Assembly (NCBI GenBank): GCA_965248535.1 | Contig: CBDFJR010000005.1 | Location: 2,176,001 to 2,240,000 of the forward strand | Source of the DNA: Phormidesmis sp. | Lineage (GTDB): Bacteria > Cyanobacteriota > Cyanobacteriia > Leptolyngbyales > Leptolyngbyaceae | Direction of reading: 5' to 3' | DNA length: 64,000 bases | Shown: in pieces, positions 38,549 through 48,961 of the stretch | Layout: every line of letters begins with the position of its first letter | Position numbering within the stretch: the first letter of the stretch is position 1 | The notes under the pieces: generated by a model | Told to the model about the DNA's origin: nothing | Databases searched by the model: none | What the model saw: the letters and a program-made list of their open reading frames with translations, nothing else | Program-made: the position numbers and the translations under genes

Positions 38549-39637
38549 TCACGATCGCTGCGGATCGACAACCCGTTTTTTCACCGCCTCTAGCATGGAT
38601 GAATTGCCTTTATTTCGCTCTGACAACCACCACTCTGCACCCCACAAATAGATTCTAGAAATCCCTGATCGGGCGGCATAGTTCCAAGTCTCGGTTAAGC
38701 GATCGGCATTCATCGACAAATAGGCATCAGCAGGGTGATCAAATTTGTAAGGCCCATCCGGCCCCCAAGGTTCGGCTTGCATTTCTGCCACCCAAAATGG
38801 CTTGCCTTTTTGATGCGCGATCGCTCGTTGATAAGCTAATCGCAACGGTGAGAAAAATCCCATTTTAAACATCTCAACATAACCATTGAAAACTGGACTT
38901 CTAAAAAAAACTTTGTTGAATAATGTGATAGCAACCACATCACTATCAAAGTCCAACGTTTGCCGCAGTTGAGAAGTCATCCAGGGCGAAAAAGCAAAGG
39001 TGACGATTGTTGGATGCGATTGATCTAATGATCGCACTAACTTGACTTCTTCAGCGACTAATGGCGTAACTTCACGGCAGTTTTCTCCGCCCCAGATCTT
39101 GCCTAAAATCTTTGCTAGCGGCTCATTTTCGACTTGCCAAGCTTCGAGAGATGGATGGACTTTGAAGTGCAGCACTGCGGCGGCCGTCATTTTGAAGAGA
39201 GCTAGTTTGAAGTCTTGAGCATTGAGCGATCGTGTCCAATCAGGCGCATAACATTCAGGATATCGCGGCACCCGATGCCCAACCACTAAAAGAATTTTTG
39301 CCTTTGCATTTGTGGCTTCCTGCATCTGCCAGTCAAGCGTTTTCCAGTCAAATATTCCAGGCTTTGGCTCGATTTGATCCCAAAAGATTGGAATCCGAAT
39401 CTGTTTAATGCCGATGTCATTAATGATTTCTCGGTAGGCTGCTTTCCAGTTCAAGCCGAGTGCTTCAGCATTGATCTGAATAAACGTTGTGCCGACTTTT
39501 AAATCGTTTGGGATACCCGGATCATTCACCGTCCACTGCAATAGAAAGTCACGAGAAAATAGGAGCAGTAGAACTAGTAAAAACGATCCTAAAAGTCTCA
39601 CGACAACGGTTTTCAATCGCCTACGTTTTATCGTCAT
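38549..39637 (-). CDS. Membrane-anchored clan GH-A glycoside hydrolase
   Basis: RIPIFWDQIEP, WQVENEP (acid/base), AEMQAEPW (nucleophile), YLWGAEWW. Confidence 0.75.
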   Translation of the reverse strand: MTIKRRRLKTVVVRLLGSFLLVLLLLFSRDFLLQWTVNDPGIPNDLKVGTTFIQINAEALGLNWKAAYREIINDIGIKQIRIPIFWDQIEPKPGIFDWKTLDWQMQEATNAKAKILLVVGHRVPRYPECYAPDWTRSLNAQDFKLALFKMTAAAVLHFKVHPSLEAWQVENEPLAKILGKIWGGENCREVTPLVAEEVKLVRSLDQSHPTIVTFAFSPWMTSQLRQTLDFDSDVVAITLFNKVFFRSPVFNGYVEMFKMGFFSPLRLAYQRAIAHQKGKPFWVAEMQAEPWGPDGPYKFDHPADAYLSMNADRLTETWNYAARSGISRIYLWGAEWWLSERNKGNSSMLEAVKKRVVDPQRS

Positions 39638-39653
39638 AAATTAGTTAGCCTAC

Positions 39654-39688
39654 AAAAAAGCTGGGTAGCCTTGCAACTACCCAGCCTT
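39654..39688 (-). terminator. Intrinsic terminator after fbaA
   Basis: GCTGGGTAG-loop-CTACCCAGC with a U tract on the minus strand. Confidence 0.75.
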
Positions 39689-39709
39689 CTAATAATCAAA
39701 GGTCAACCC

Positions 39710-40789
39710 TTAGACACCAACCGTTTTTTTGGTGACAGCCGTCAACTCGCCTTTGGCATACTTGGCAGCATAATCTTCAAGACTGACTTGCTTGATCTTG
39801 CTGGCATTGCCCGCAGCGCTGAACTGCTGATAGCGATCGCTACAAACCTTCTGCATGTATTTGATCGAAGGCTTGAGGAAAAAGCGAGGGTCAAACTCTT
39901 TGGGGTTTGAAAACAGCGCTTCCCGCACAGCCGCCGTGATAGCCAATCGGCAGTCGGTGTCGATGTTGATTTTGCGAACACCGCTCTTGATGCCCTTTTG
40001 AATCTCTTCAACAGGCACCCCATAGGTTTCAGGAATCGCGCCACCGTTTTGGTTGATCAACGCGATCAAATCTTCAGGAACGGAAGACGACCCGTGCATC
40101 ACCAGGTGAGTGTTGGGCAGGCGGCGGTGAATTTCTTCGATGCGGCTGATGGCCAAGACTTCGCCCGTGGGTTTGCGGGTGAACTTATAAGCGCCGTGGC
40201 TGGTGCCGATCGCGACTGCCAAGGCATCAACCTGAGTGCGCTCAACAAACTCAACCGCTTCATCAGGGTCGGTGAGCAACTGATCGTGGGAGAGAGCACC
40301 CTCAAACCCGTGACCGTCTTCTGCTTCGCCTTTGCCCGTTTCGAGAGAGCCGAGGCAGCCGAGTTCGCCTTCGACGCTGACCCCGATCGCGTGAGCCACT
40401 TGCACGACTTCGCGGGTGGTGTTGACGTTATATTCAAAGCTAGCAGGAGTTTTAGCATCTGCTTCGAGCGAGCCATCCATCATGACGCTGCTGAAGTTGT
40501 TCTTCATCGCTGAATAGCAGGTCGAGGGCGCGTTGCCGTGATCTTGGTGCATCACGATCGGGATTTCAGGATAGGTCTCGATCGCTGCCAAAATCAGGTG
40601 ACGCAAGAAGTTTTCGCCCGCGTAGTTGCGCGCACCGCGAGAAGCTTGCAAAATCACGGGGCTATCCGTTTCATGGGCAGCCCTCATGATTGCCTGGATC
40701 TGCTCCATGTTGTTGACGTTGTAAGCTGGGATGCCATAACCGTGTTCAGCCGCGTGGTCAAGCAGCAGCCGCAAAGGTACAAGCGCCAT
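39710..40789 (-). CDS. fbaA: Class II fructose-bisphosphate aldolase (Calvin-cycle type)
   Basis: [39 protein letters not shown]. Confidence 0.97.
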   Translation of the reverse strand: MALVPLRLLLDHAAEHGYGIPAYNVNNMEQIQAIMRAAHETDSPVILQASRGARNYAGENFLRHLILAAIETYPEIPIVMHQDHGNAPSTCYSAMKNNFSSVMMDGSLEADAKTPASFEYNVNTTREVVQVAHAIGVSVEGELGCLGSLETGKGEAEDGHGFEGALSHDQLLTDPDEAVEFVERTQVDALAVAIGTSHGAYKFTRKPTGEVLAISRIEEIHRRLPNTHLVMHGSSSVPEDLIALINQNGGAIPETYGVPVEEIQKGIKSGVRKINIDTDCRLAITAAVREALFSNPKEFDPRFFLKPSIKYMQKVCSDRYQQFSAAGNASKIKQVSLEDYAAKYAKGELTAVTKKTVGV

Positions 40790-41043
40790 AGATAGTCCTC
40801 CTGGGTGGTTGGGGTCAGCGAGTGGATGTTAAACAAATTAATTGTTACGACAATCTTAAGACAGTTTCACGTCCAAAGTAAGTCGAATTTTTGGATTAAA
40901 CCCGCTAGATAAGTAGAAATACCATTAATTTTACTTATCTATTGTCAAGAAATTCAAAATCAATCCCAGGTTTTCGTAGTTTGAGATACAGTGTCGGCGG
41001 TCAATCTGCGCCTCAATAGGGGGTGAAGACTCGGCTGATTTAG

Positions 41044-42495
41044 ATGCTTGACTCGATCGCTGAACTGGGTGGATCGGGCGAACTGGGTGAACTGCTCGAC
41101 CCAACCCGACTTTTATTTGACCTACAGCGAGGGAACGAGATTGCTCAACGGTTCTCAGGGTGTCTGGTGCCCGAACAGATTGCCAAGCACGTCACGGATG
41201 GGTTGGTCGAAACCTTTGGGGTTGCCTTTGCTCGCGTCTGGCTTTTAGAGCCTGACCAAGCCGCGCTCAAGCTGGTGGCCTCATCGGGGATGTATACCCA
41301 CATCAATGGCGCGTTTGCCAGAGTGCCGATGGGGGCTTATAAAGTGGGCAAGATTGCCCAAAACCGAGTCTCTTTTTTGAGCAATCATTTAGCCGATGAA
41401 CCGTGGGTTGGCAATCGAGAGTGGGCGATCGCGAACCAAATTCAAGGATTTGCGGGCTATCCACTGGCGATTAAGGGCAGAGTGATTGGGGTGCTGGCGA
41501 CCTTTAGCCACCACGCAATGGAGCCAGAATTTTTAGAAGTGCTGCAAACGCTGTGCACGATCGTATCGATCGCGTTAGACACGGCCCTACAGCACCAAAC
41601 CGAAAAGCAAACCTGGCAGTCTTTTGCTCAACACCCGGCCTTTCATCAACTGTCTCTCTCCGATCAGTTAGCCAGCATTCTAAAGACGGCTCGACTGACC
41701 TTAGTCGGAACTGAGCAATTGCTTTCATTCTCAGTGACTTATGTATTTTTGCAAGCTGCCGAAGTTTTAAATCGGGTCAACTGTGCCTATTGTCGGCTGA
41801 TTTATACAGCAGAAGCGGTGGCGATCGAGGCGATCGTGCCTGCCTCCGATCGGGTGATTCGTGACCCCAATAATCTGATCCAATCTATGTTTGGTGAGTT
41901 ATTTTTCACCGTTTCGTGTCTGGGAGGTGTGCTGCAAACTCAGACAGGCGGGAATCAAAAAGCGATTCAGATTTCGATCAAAATTCCTTATTTGAACGCA
42001 GTTTTGAGAGATTGTGTCCGAATTCAGTGCCAGTTGCCCGTGTTGCAAATGGCGTTCACGCACCTGGCTTTTTTGGCAGGTTTAACGGTTTCTGAGGTCG
42101 ATGCAGAGACCCCACTGCTGACAGATGACATCACTCAGATCTCTGCCAAACGAGTGCTGTGGATTCAGCAAGGCGCTCAGACATTACCCAAAGGAATCAA
42201 AGCTAAAGTCGATCTTTCTATCAATCCAGCGCAGTTGCGAGACGCGATCGCGGCGGTTGCCCGTGGTGAGAGTTGGGGCATCGAGTCGGATGCTGAGGTG
42301 CAGCAGATGTTGTCTGATCGTGAGTTAGAAATGATGACTTTGTTGGCGCAAGGGTTGCGCGATCGAGATATTGCCAATCATCTGGTAATTAGCGAAAGCA
42401 CGGTCAAGTTTCACATGAACAATGTGCTTGCCAAGCTCAAAGCGCGGACTCGTTATCAAGCACTTCATCAAGTGATGGTCAACGGCTGGATTTAG
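41044..42495 (+). CDS. GAF domain + LuxR HTH transcriptional regulator
   Basis: N-terminal GAF (FARVWL, FAGYPL), C-terminal LSDRELE...ISESTVKFHMNN. Confidence 0.85.
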   Translation: MLDSIAELGGSGELGELLDPTRLLFDLQRGNEIAQRFSGCLVPEQIAKHVTDGLVETFGVAFARVWLLEPDQAALKLVASSGMYTHINGAFARVPMGAYKVGKIAQNRVSFLSNHLADEPWVGNREWAIANQIQGFAGYPLAIKGRVIGVLATFSHHAMEPEFLEVLQTLCTIVSIALDTALQHQTEKQTWQSFAQHPAFHQLSLSDQLASILKTARLTLVGTEQLLSFSVTYVFLQAAEVLNRVNCAYCRLIYTAEAVAIEAIVPASDRVIRDPNNLIQSMFGELFFTVSCLGGVLQTQTGGNQKAIQISIKIPYLNAVLRDCVRIQCQLPVLQMAFTHLAFLAGLTVSEVDAETPLLTDDITQISAKRVLWIQQGAQTLPKGIKAKVDLSINPAQLRDAIAAVARGESWGIESDAEVQQMLSDRELEMMTLLAQGLRDRDIANHLVISESTVKFHMNNVLAKLKARTRYQALHQVMVNGWI

Positions 42496-42618
42496 GAACA
42501 AGTGCCTAAGACCACCCTCTAGAGTAGATAAATCTCTGGAGGATATTATGCACTTCTGTTAATTGACTCTAAAGCGAAAACTGCACCGGACTCTATTCTG
42601 GCGTAGAATCTGAATGAG

Positions 42619-43830
42619 TTGGTGTTTAAGAAAATTGCGATGTTTAACCGTTCTAAATGGCAGCTTCTTCTCTTGCTGGTTGGCGGCACAGGTTTAGGGC
42701 TAGCCGCACTGAGAACATTGACACCAGATGTTGGTCAATCTAAATCTCCCACCGTAGCTGTGGTTTCGGCTTTAACCACGAGTAAAACTGTTTTGCCCGG
42801 CGATCAAGCCATTCCTCGATATGAACACATTTTTGTCATCATCGCTGAGAACAAAGCTTATGAGCAAATTATCGGCAGTTCTAACGCGCCTAATTTGAAT
42901 CAACTGGCCAAAACCTATGGGTTAGCAACTCAGTTCTATGGCGAAGTTCATCCGAGTGAGGCAAACTACGCGGCCATGCTAGGCGGCAGTACGTTTGGGA
43001 TTCATGACGACGATGCGTTTTACTGCAAAGCCGGAAGTGCAGACCCGTTTTGTAGTCATTCTCGCGAGTCAGGCTATGCCGATCATACGATCGCGCAACC
43101 GAGCTTAGTCGATCAGTTGCAGCAGCACAACCTGACCTGGAAAGGCTACTTTGAAGATCTGCCAGAGCCGGGGTCAAAGGCGATCGTGGCTCCCAGTGGT
43201 ATTCGCGCTTTATATGCTGCAAAGCACAATGGCTTTATCAACTTCAAAGCTGTGCAGGATGATCCCGATCGCGCCCAAAAAATCGTCGGTTTGCCTCAGT
43301 TAGCCGCTGACCTCAACAGTGGTCATGTTCCCAACTACAGTCATATTGTGTTGAATCAATGCCACGAGATGCACGGATTAGCTGAATGCCCAAACACCCA
43401 AGACTTGATTCACACCGGGGATGCAATGATGGCTCAAGTGGCGAATCAGATCATGCGATCGCCGATGTGGGCAACGGCGAGCAACAGCGCGATCGTGATC
43501 ACATGGGACGAAGACAACGGGAAATCTAAAGGGCAAGTTGGGTGCTGTGGTTTTGATCCAACTAGTTCTGCTAATTTTGGGGGTGGACACATCGCCACGA
43601 TCGTCATCACCAATCATGGACAACGAGGGATTATAGATGCAACGCCCTACAATCACTATTCGCTGCTCAGAACTACAGAAGATGCTGCTCTTTGCACCCC
43701 GATCTTCGGCAGCAGCTTGCGCTCCTGTGTAGCCTTTGGTATTCATGAGTATCTGAATCAAGCGGGCGACACTGCCCACGGCGTAAAACCAATGCAAGCT
43801 CTTTGCACCCCGATCTTAGCGCGTTTTTAA
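42619..43830 (+). CDS. Secreted phosphoesterase (acid phosphatase/phospholipase C family)
   Basis: HIFVIIAENK, HPSEANY, KHNGF, EMHG, ITWDED, YNHYSLLRT. Confidence 0.85.
   Translation: MVFKKIAMFNRSKWQLLLLLVGGTGLGLAALRTLTPDVGQSKSPTVAVVSALTTSKTVLPGDQAIPRYEHIFVIIAENKAYEQIIGSSNAPNLNQLAKTYGLATQFYGEVHPSEANYAAMLGGSTFGIHDDDAFYCKAGSADPFCSHSRESGYADHTIAQPSLVDQLQQHNLTWKGYFEDLPEPGSKAIVAPSGIRALYAAKHNGFINFKAVQDDPDRAQKIVGLPQLAADLNSGHVPNYSHIVLNQCHEMHGLAECPNTQDLIHTGDAMMAQVANQIMRSPMWATASNSAIVITWDEDNGKSKGQVGCCGFDPTSSANFGGGHIATIVITNHGQRGIIDATPYNHYSLLRTTEDAALCTPIFGSSLRSCVAFGIHEYLNQAGDTAHGVKPMQALCTPILARF
43687..43817 (+). repeat. Two identical 20-bp copies GCTCTTTGCACCCCGATCTT inside the phosphoesterase gene
   Basis: 43687-43706 and 43798-43817, both read ALCTPI in frame. 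Confidence 0.85.
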
Positions 43831-43840
43831 GCCAGCCCCT

Positions 43841-44125
43841 CTAGAGGTCAGTGATATTAGAAGACCGTCGCTCTCGAAATAGTCTCGTCATCGATAGTCC
43901 TGTCATCAGCAAGCCTAAGATTCCAATGCCGTTGATAATTGGGAAAAAGCTATCCAGCCCAAAGATTTCTAACGTGTGTAAATGGATTAAAGAGCTTGCT
44001 AATTGACGTTGATGGGATGCTTTTGCGATCGGAAAAGTCATTCCAGTTATAACGGTTAGCAGTAGCGGCAACGCACAGACGATCGCAAGCCAGCGATGAT
44101 ATTTCCGAAACAACCGATTCATCAT
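43841..44125 (-). CDS. Small PepSY-associated TM helix protein
   Basis: RKYHRWLA...TGM...HLH...NGIG...TGLSM. Confidence 0.8.
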   Translation of the reverse strand: MMNRLFRKYHRWLAIVCALPLLLTVITGMTFPIAKASHQRQLASSLIHLHTLEIFGLDSFFPIINGIGILGLLMTGLSMTRLFRERRSSNITDL

Positions 44126-44226
44126 TCCTTCCTCAATTGTGTGAATCTGTTCATTGCCGCCGTTCTCAGAGCAGAGATACCCATTGCAACAGCAACTTAG
44201 TCTCTGCTGCTGAGGACAAAATCGCT

Positions 44227-44733
44227 CTATTGGGCTGGAGCAGATTGCGAACCCGATGGATGTTGGTTGTGTTGCTGTTGGTGCAGTTGCAGTGTTTGGC
44301 GCTGTTCTGGCGTTAAAATGCCATCCATTTGTGTTTTAGAAGATTGCATCACTGCCTTAATTTTAGTCTGTTGATCAGCCGTCAGATTCAGAGAGGCAAA
44401 GGGGGAATGGTGCATTCCCTGCTTCTGTTCAGTGCCAGGAGTGTTGCCGTTTTCTGGGCGATGAGCTTGATGATTTTGACGATCGCGCTGGAGTTGTGCT
44501 TTTTGGTCTGCCGTCAGAATGTTGTCAATCTGAGACCGCTCATTTTGGTGAATTTTCTTCATCTGTGCTTGTTGGTCAGCCGTCAGATTCAAGAAGTTCA
44601 TCTCATGTTTTTGATGGTGTTGAGTTGGCGCAGTCGAATTTGTTGATTGAGCAAAGGCCGGTATCGCCGCAGCAGATAACGATAGGGTGACCGCACCAGC
44701 AAACAGCGACAGCAGTTTAGTTTTAGAATTCAT
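44227..44733 (-). CDS. Spy/CpxP family periplasmic chaperone (LTxxQ motifs)
   Basis: Signal peptide, LNLTADQQ x2, ILTADQ, ILTPEQ. Confidence 0.88.
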   Translation of the reverse strand: MNSKTKLLSLFAGAVTLSLSAAAIPAFAQSTNSTAPTQHHQKHEMNFLNLTADQQAQMKKIHQNERSQIDNILTADQKAQLQRDRQNHQAHRPENGNTPGTEQKQGMHHSPFASLNLTADQQTKIKAVMQSSKTQMDGILTPEQRQTLQLHQQQHNQHPSGSQSAPAQ

Positions 44734-44910
44734 GTCTAGATCCTGGGTAGAGAGAATGATTGAAAGAATAAGCCTTAAACAAGGCAGATGAGAGAGTGTT
44801 GCCCAACAAACGATGCTAAGAGCGGACATTTGCTTCTCAAATGAAGCGATCGAGAGAACAATAAACAGAACTAACTTTTCTCATGGGTTAGCTCACCGGG
44901 CTACCTTCAG

Positions 44911-45237
44911 TTAGCGACGAGTTTCCCAGTGTGCAGGAACCCATTGCCGACCATGGGCTGTCCGTTGCCAATAGCCCGCGACCCTGACTCGGTGAGTCTG
45001 AGGGCGCTGTAGGTCTCTTTGCTGTTCTTGACGATCTTTAGCCTGTTGCGCTTCTTGGCGTTGAAGTTGCTCACGCTGGTATTGAGCAAGTTGCTCAGGG
45101 GTGCCGCGATCTGCCACCACGATCGGGGCCCTAACCGGGTCAGTCATTGCCCTAAACTCCGTGGCCGAGGCAGATTTAGCCAACACAGACACTCCTAGAG
45201 GAATGGCGATCAGGACAGCAATTGCACGTTTAATCAT
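44911..45237 (-). CDS. Secreted small protein with WVPAHW/YXWGXW-like C-terminus
   Basis: Signal peptide ...ASA, Gln-rich helix, RVAGYW...WVPAHW. Confidence 0.7.
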   Translation of the reverse strand: MIKRAIAVLIAIPLGVSVLAKSASATEFRAMTDPVRAPIVVADRGTPEQLAQYQREQLQRQEAQQAKDRQEQQRDLQRPQTHRVRVAGYWQRTAHGRQWVPAHWETRR

Positions 45238-45465
45238 AATGGACTCCTAGAATAGATGAGGGTTGATGAACATCAAACCGTTGTAAACACCTAAACGGTT
45301 CAAAAGTGAACAAGGCTTTATAGAGACGGATAGCGGTCTTCGGAATAAACCATTAGTTCAACTGTTAATGTTGTGGGAATCAAGAACTTCTTGAGTTGGC
45401 TCTCGATATCTAAATAGTAGGGGTTGACCTTAGCTGTCCACATGACGCTATGTTCCTATTTTGGT

Positions 45466-45484
45466 ATAGGACTAAAGTCCCGAT
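45466..45484. promoter_or_regulatory. NarL-family-type palindromic site
   Basis: GGACTAAAGTCC in the divergent region between the two-component system and the Spy-like genes. Confidence 0.4.
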
Positions 45485-45567
45485 TGCTGTAGTGTAGACA
45501 GGTCTGGAATGTTCTTCTGCAATACACTAGAAAAGACTCCTTCCAGTCCCATTCGCAATCCTCATCA

Positions 45568-46848
45568 TTGACCATGCCTCGCCCGTTTGCACCCAGCGCC
45601 GCCTCAGAAGATTTTCTGACGGGAACGGTCTTACGATCGCGCCTGCCAAATCAGTCCTTCCGATTGATTTTGTATCTAGAATGGATTTTGCTAGGACTCG
45701 CCTTTTTGCTCGAAATTCGACCTGCCCGATTTGGTTTCAATGTCACGGCGCAGATGCTGGTGATCATCATTTTGCTGGGCTTTGGGCTAATGGGACTCAA
45801 ACTGCCGACGGGCAAAACGCGGCACAAAGTTCTTTACACCACACTAGAATTGGGATTGCTGATTGTGACTGCTTTGCTCGATCGCCGCATCGAGTTTTTT
45901 CCGCTCTTGGGTCTGATCATTGTGATTCGCAGTTGTCTGATTTTTCAGCAAGCAGGACGGCTGATTGTTGCAGGGTTTGTGTTTATTTCCTTAGTGCTGA
46001 TTCTGTTTTTAGGAACTCCCTTTGCACCACCTAGACACAGAGTTGAGATTCCTTCTGAGTCAGTTTCGAGCACAATTCTGACTCTTAACCTCAATATTGC
46101 TATCACGTTTGGGTTGACGCTATTGTTTATCTTACTGTTGGTTAATGCGTTGCTGGCAGAACGCCAGAGCCGTGAAAAACTATTGTTGGCAAACGATCAA
46201 CTGCGTCAATATGCCGCCCGAATCGAAGACCAGGCAACCCTTCAAGAGCGAAATCGGATCGCACGCGAAATTCACGATGCCCTGGGTCATGCGCTCACGG
46301 CTCAAAGTATCCAGTTAGAAAACGCGCTATTATTTTTGCCCCCAGAGGCTCAGAGAAGCAAGTCTTTTTTGCAGGAGTCGCAACGGTTGAGCGCGACGGC
46401 ACTTCTTGAAGTGCGGCGATCGATTGCTACGCTGCGATCGAGTCCCCTACAAGGGCGATCGTTGGAGACAGCGATCGCGGCCCTGCTGACAGACTTTCAA
46501 CGCACAACCGGAATTGTGCCCCACCACACCCTCAATTTTTCTCAGCCCATTTCAACTGAAATCAGCACGGCTCTCTACCGGATTGTTCAAGAGTCTCTCA
46601 CCAACATCTCTAAACACAGTGCTGCCACCCAGGTAAGTCTCCATCTTCAGCAAAGTCACCATATTATCTACCTGAAAATTGTAGATAATGGACAGGGATT
46701 TGCCCCAGCGCGCAACACCACCGGATTTGGACTCCAAGGAATGCAAGAGCGAACCGCCGCTCTAGGAGGACAGTTTCGGCTAGTCAGTCAGCCTGGACAA
46801 GGTTGCCAAATCACGATCACACTGCCATTACCTCAGCAAGCCCTATGA
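45568..46848 (+). CDS. Membrane sensor histidine kinase (HisKA_3)
   Basis: ERNRIAREIHDALGH, QESLTNISKH, DNGQGF, GFGLQGM. Confidence 0.93.
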   Translation: MTMPRPFAPSAASEDFLTGTVLRSRLPNQSFRLILYLEWILLGLAFLLEIRPARFGFNVTAQMLVIIILLGFGLMGLKLPTGKTRHKVLYTTLELGLLIVTALLDRRIEFFPLLGLIIVIRSCLIFQQAGRLIVAGFVFISLVLILFLGTPFAPPRHRVEIPSESVSSTILTLNLNIAITFGLTLLFILLLVNALLAERQSREKLLLANDQLRQYAARIEDQATLQERNRIAREIHDALGHALTAQSIQLENALLFLPPEAQRSKSFLQESQRLSATALLEVRRSIATLRSSPLQGRSLETAIAALLTDFQRTTGIVPHHTLNFSQPISTEISTALYRIVQESLTNISKHSAATQVSLHLQQSHHIIYLKIVDNGQGFAPARNTTGFGLQGMQERTAALGGQFRLVSQPGQGCQITITLPLPQQAL

Positions 46849-47522
46849 CCGATGCCAAAATTCGACTTTTGCTCGTCGATGATCAGATGATTGTTCGTCA
46901 AGGGTTGAGAAGTCTGCTCGAAGCCAAGCCTGACCTAGAAGTTGTCGGAGAAGCCGAAAACGGACAACAGGCGATTACTCAAGTCGAAACGCTGCAACCA
47001 GATCTCGTGTTGATGGATGTGCGGATGCCCGTGATGGATGGGGTTGCCGCGACTCGCCAAATCTGTCAGCAGTTTAGCCAAATTAAAGTCTTGGTGCTGA
47101 CCACCTTTGATGATGATGAGTATGTCTTTGAGGCAATCCGATCGGGGGCGCGAGGCTATTTGCTCAAAGATACCCATTCTGACGATTTGGCTGCGGCCAT
47201 TCGAGCCGTTCATAAAGGCTATACGCAGATGGGCCCTGGGTTGATCGAAAAAGCGATCGCGTCAACGTCTCCCGCGATTCCGGCTCCACCGACTCAACTT
47301 CCTCCCCAGCTTGCAGGATTAACCGCTCGTGAACGTGAGGTGCTTAATTGGATTGTCGCCGGAGCAAACAACCGCGAAATTGCAGCCGCACTCTACATTT
47401 CAGAGCAAACCGTGAAGAACCACATTACTCATATTCTGAGCCAAATGCAGGTGCGCGATCGTACCCAGGCTGCCATGTTTGCCAGCGCGTTTCTGCCCTT
47501 GCTAGACCAGTCGGGTGGCTAG
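46845..47522 (+). CDS. NarL/LuxR family response regulator
   Basis: LLVDD, MDVRMP, GYLLK, LTAREREV...TVKNH; ATGA overlap with the kinase. Confidence 0.93.
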   Translation: MTDAKIRLLLVDDQMIVRQGLRSLLEAKPDLEVVGEAENGQQAITQVETLQPDLVLMDVRMPVMDGVAATRQICQQFSQIKVLVLTTFDDDEYVFEAIRSGARGYLLKDTHSDDLAAAIRAVHKGYTQMGPGLIEKAIASTSPAIPAPPTQLPPQLAGLTAREREVLNWIVAGANNREIAAALYISEQTVKNHITHILSQMQVRDRTQAAMFASAFLPLLDQSGG

Positions 47523-47708
47523 AAAATTTGTTTGTGCAACCCACCTGCTAACATCAGGGCAAGGTTTGCCGCTTCTGCACTCAAAACAACTCACGTCAAA
47601 GCAACATTATTCTGATGCTAAAGCGAACATTTCCATCCCCTGAAACTCTGCGACGCTTTCCCTTTGGTCTGGCTGATTTTGTGGTCATGTTAGGCACTTT
47701 GCTGCTCT

Positions 47709-47992
47709 TATAGCCGTTGCCACTTTGCTGAGGATCGTGGATTAAATAACTCCGTCAATTGCCAGGTTGTCTCGCCCTCACCCCAGCCCTCTCCCAATCT
47801 GGGAGAGGGAGCAAGAGTCCGGTTCCCCTTCTCCCAGATTGGGAGAAGGGTTAGGTGAGGGCTTCGCCCCACTTCGTGAGGAGGGCGAAGATCTCGGCAT
47901 TCATAAATCCACGTTCCTTAAGACATTTTTGGTGGTGTGCTTCGCGTGCTGCCAAAAATGTCCCTGTCCTAACCTATGTGGCGGTAGCTATA
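47709..47992. mobile_element. MITE-like element with internal REP-type hairpins
   Basis: Imperfect TIRs TATAGCCGTTGCCAC/GTGGCGGTAGCTATA; internal CCCTCTCCCAATCTGGGAGAGGG and CCCTTCTCCCAGATTGGGAGAAGGG. Confidence 0.65.
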
Positions 47993-48010
47993 AAATGGCT
48001 GGAGTGTCCT

Positions 48011-48245
48011 TAGGATTTCCACTGCGATAGAACAAATGGGTGAATATCAGTGATCCCCCTTCCAGAACCGATCTGGAGCGGACGCAGTGAGCTGATTCAG
48101 CGACTCCTTGCTCAAACTTGTGAGCTTTGTGGCGCAACGGAAAATATCGAAGTTCACCACGTTCGCAAGCTTGCCGATCTGGAACGAGCAGGACAACCTG
48201 CCAAATTAGATTGGCAGAAAGCAATGGCAATTCGGCAACGTAAAT
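48011..48245 (+). pseudogene. Remnant of a group II intron-encoded protein C-terminal (DNA-binding/HNH) region
   Basis: RSELIQRLLAQTCELCG...IEVHHVRKLADL...WQKAMAIRQRK, truncated before the terminal CxxCH; in-frame stop upstream. Confidence 0.7.
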
Positions 48246-48434
48246 TTAGCAATTCACCCCGCACTCCAGTAAGTCTGACAGCTTTGGCTTGAGGTGATTA
48301 TCACCCCTGATCAACGGATGGAGCGATCGTCAAAAACGTACAGAAGTAACTTCTTGACGGAGCTACTTTTCTAATTAGAAGCTTTCTAAACTTTCATTCA
48401 GCTTCCGTTACTAGAAATTCTATGAGGTTAATCT

Positions 48435-48899
48435 ATGGGACTTAAGGAGGAAAACTCCTTGCCTGTCATTGGGGTTACTGGTTACTACAATGCTCTGCCG
48501 CTGGCTGGGCTGCGATTTTTGATTGTAGACAGCGATTGGGATAGTAGAGTTCTTCTCACTTATCTTTTCGAGGAGCAGGGTGCAAAAGTAGCTGCGGTTG
48601 CTTCGGTGAAGGAAGGGCTAGAGATATTTCAGCATTCTAGACCCGACGTTTTGATCAGTGAAATTTGGATTCCAGACGAAGATGGCTACTCTCTAATTCG
48701 CCGCATCAGATCTCTAGAAGCTCAACGAGGGGGAATCCCGGTTTTGGCGATCGCGCTTACTGCTTATACCAGCGAATCCGCTCGGATTCAAGCGTTAATG
48801 GCTGGCTTTCACAAGCATTTTGCGAAACCGATTGACTTAGAAAAGCTGATCGCAGGGATGAGCGATTTGATGAGAGAAAAGTCAGAAAACCCGATTTAA
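48435..48899 (+). CDS. Stand-alone receiver domain protein (Glu at the phosphoacceptor position)
   Basis: LIVDSD, PDVLISEI, AIALTA, FAKPID. Confidence 0.85.
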   Translation: MGLKEENSLPVIGVTGYYNALPLAGLRFLIVDSDWDSRVLLTYLFEEQGAKVAAVASVKEGLEIFQHSRPDVLISEIWIPDEDGYSLIRRIRSLEAQRGGIPVLAIALTAYTSESARIQALMAGFHKHFAKPIDLEKLIAGMSDLMREKSENPI

Positions 48900-48961
48900 C
48901 CAGGGGTAAGCTCGTCACGGCTAAATTTTTTGGGTTTTTCAGGCTGGGAGAGTGAAGAACC

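Noticed and set aside
40976..40989. GTA-N8-TAC NtcA-like site between fbaA and the GAF-LuxR gene
   Set aside because: No -10 at the canonical distance on either strand; six fixed bases occur often by chance
47767..48030. 87-aa ORF, and likewise 49886-50080
   Set aside because: Both are translations of MITE hairpin sequence
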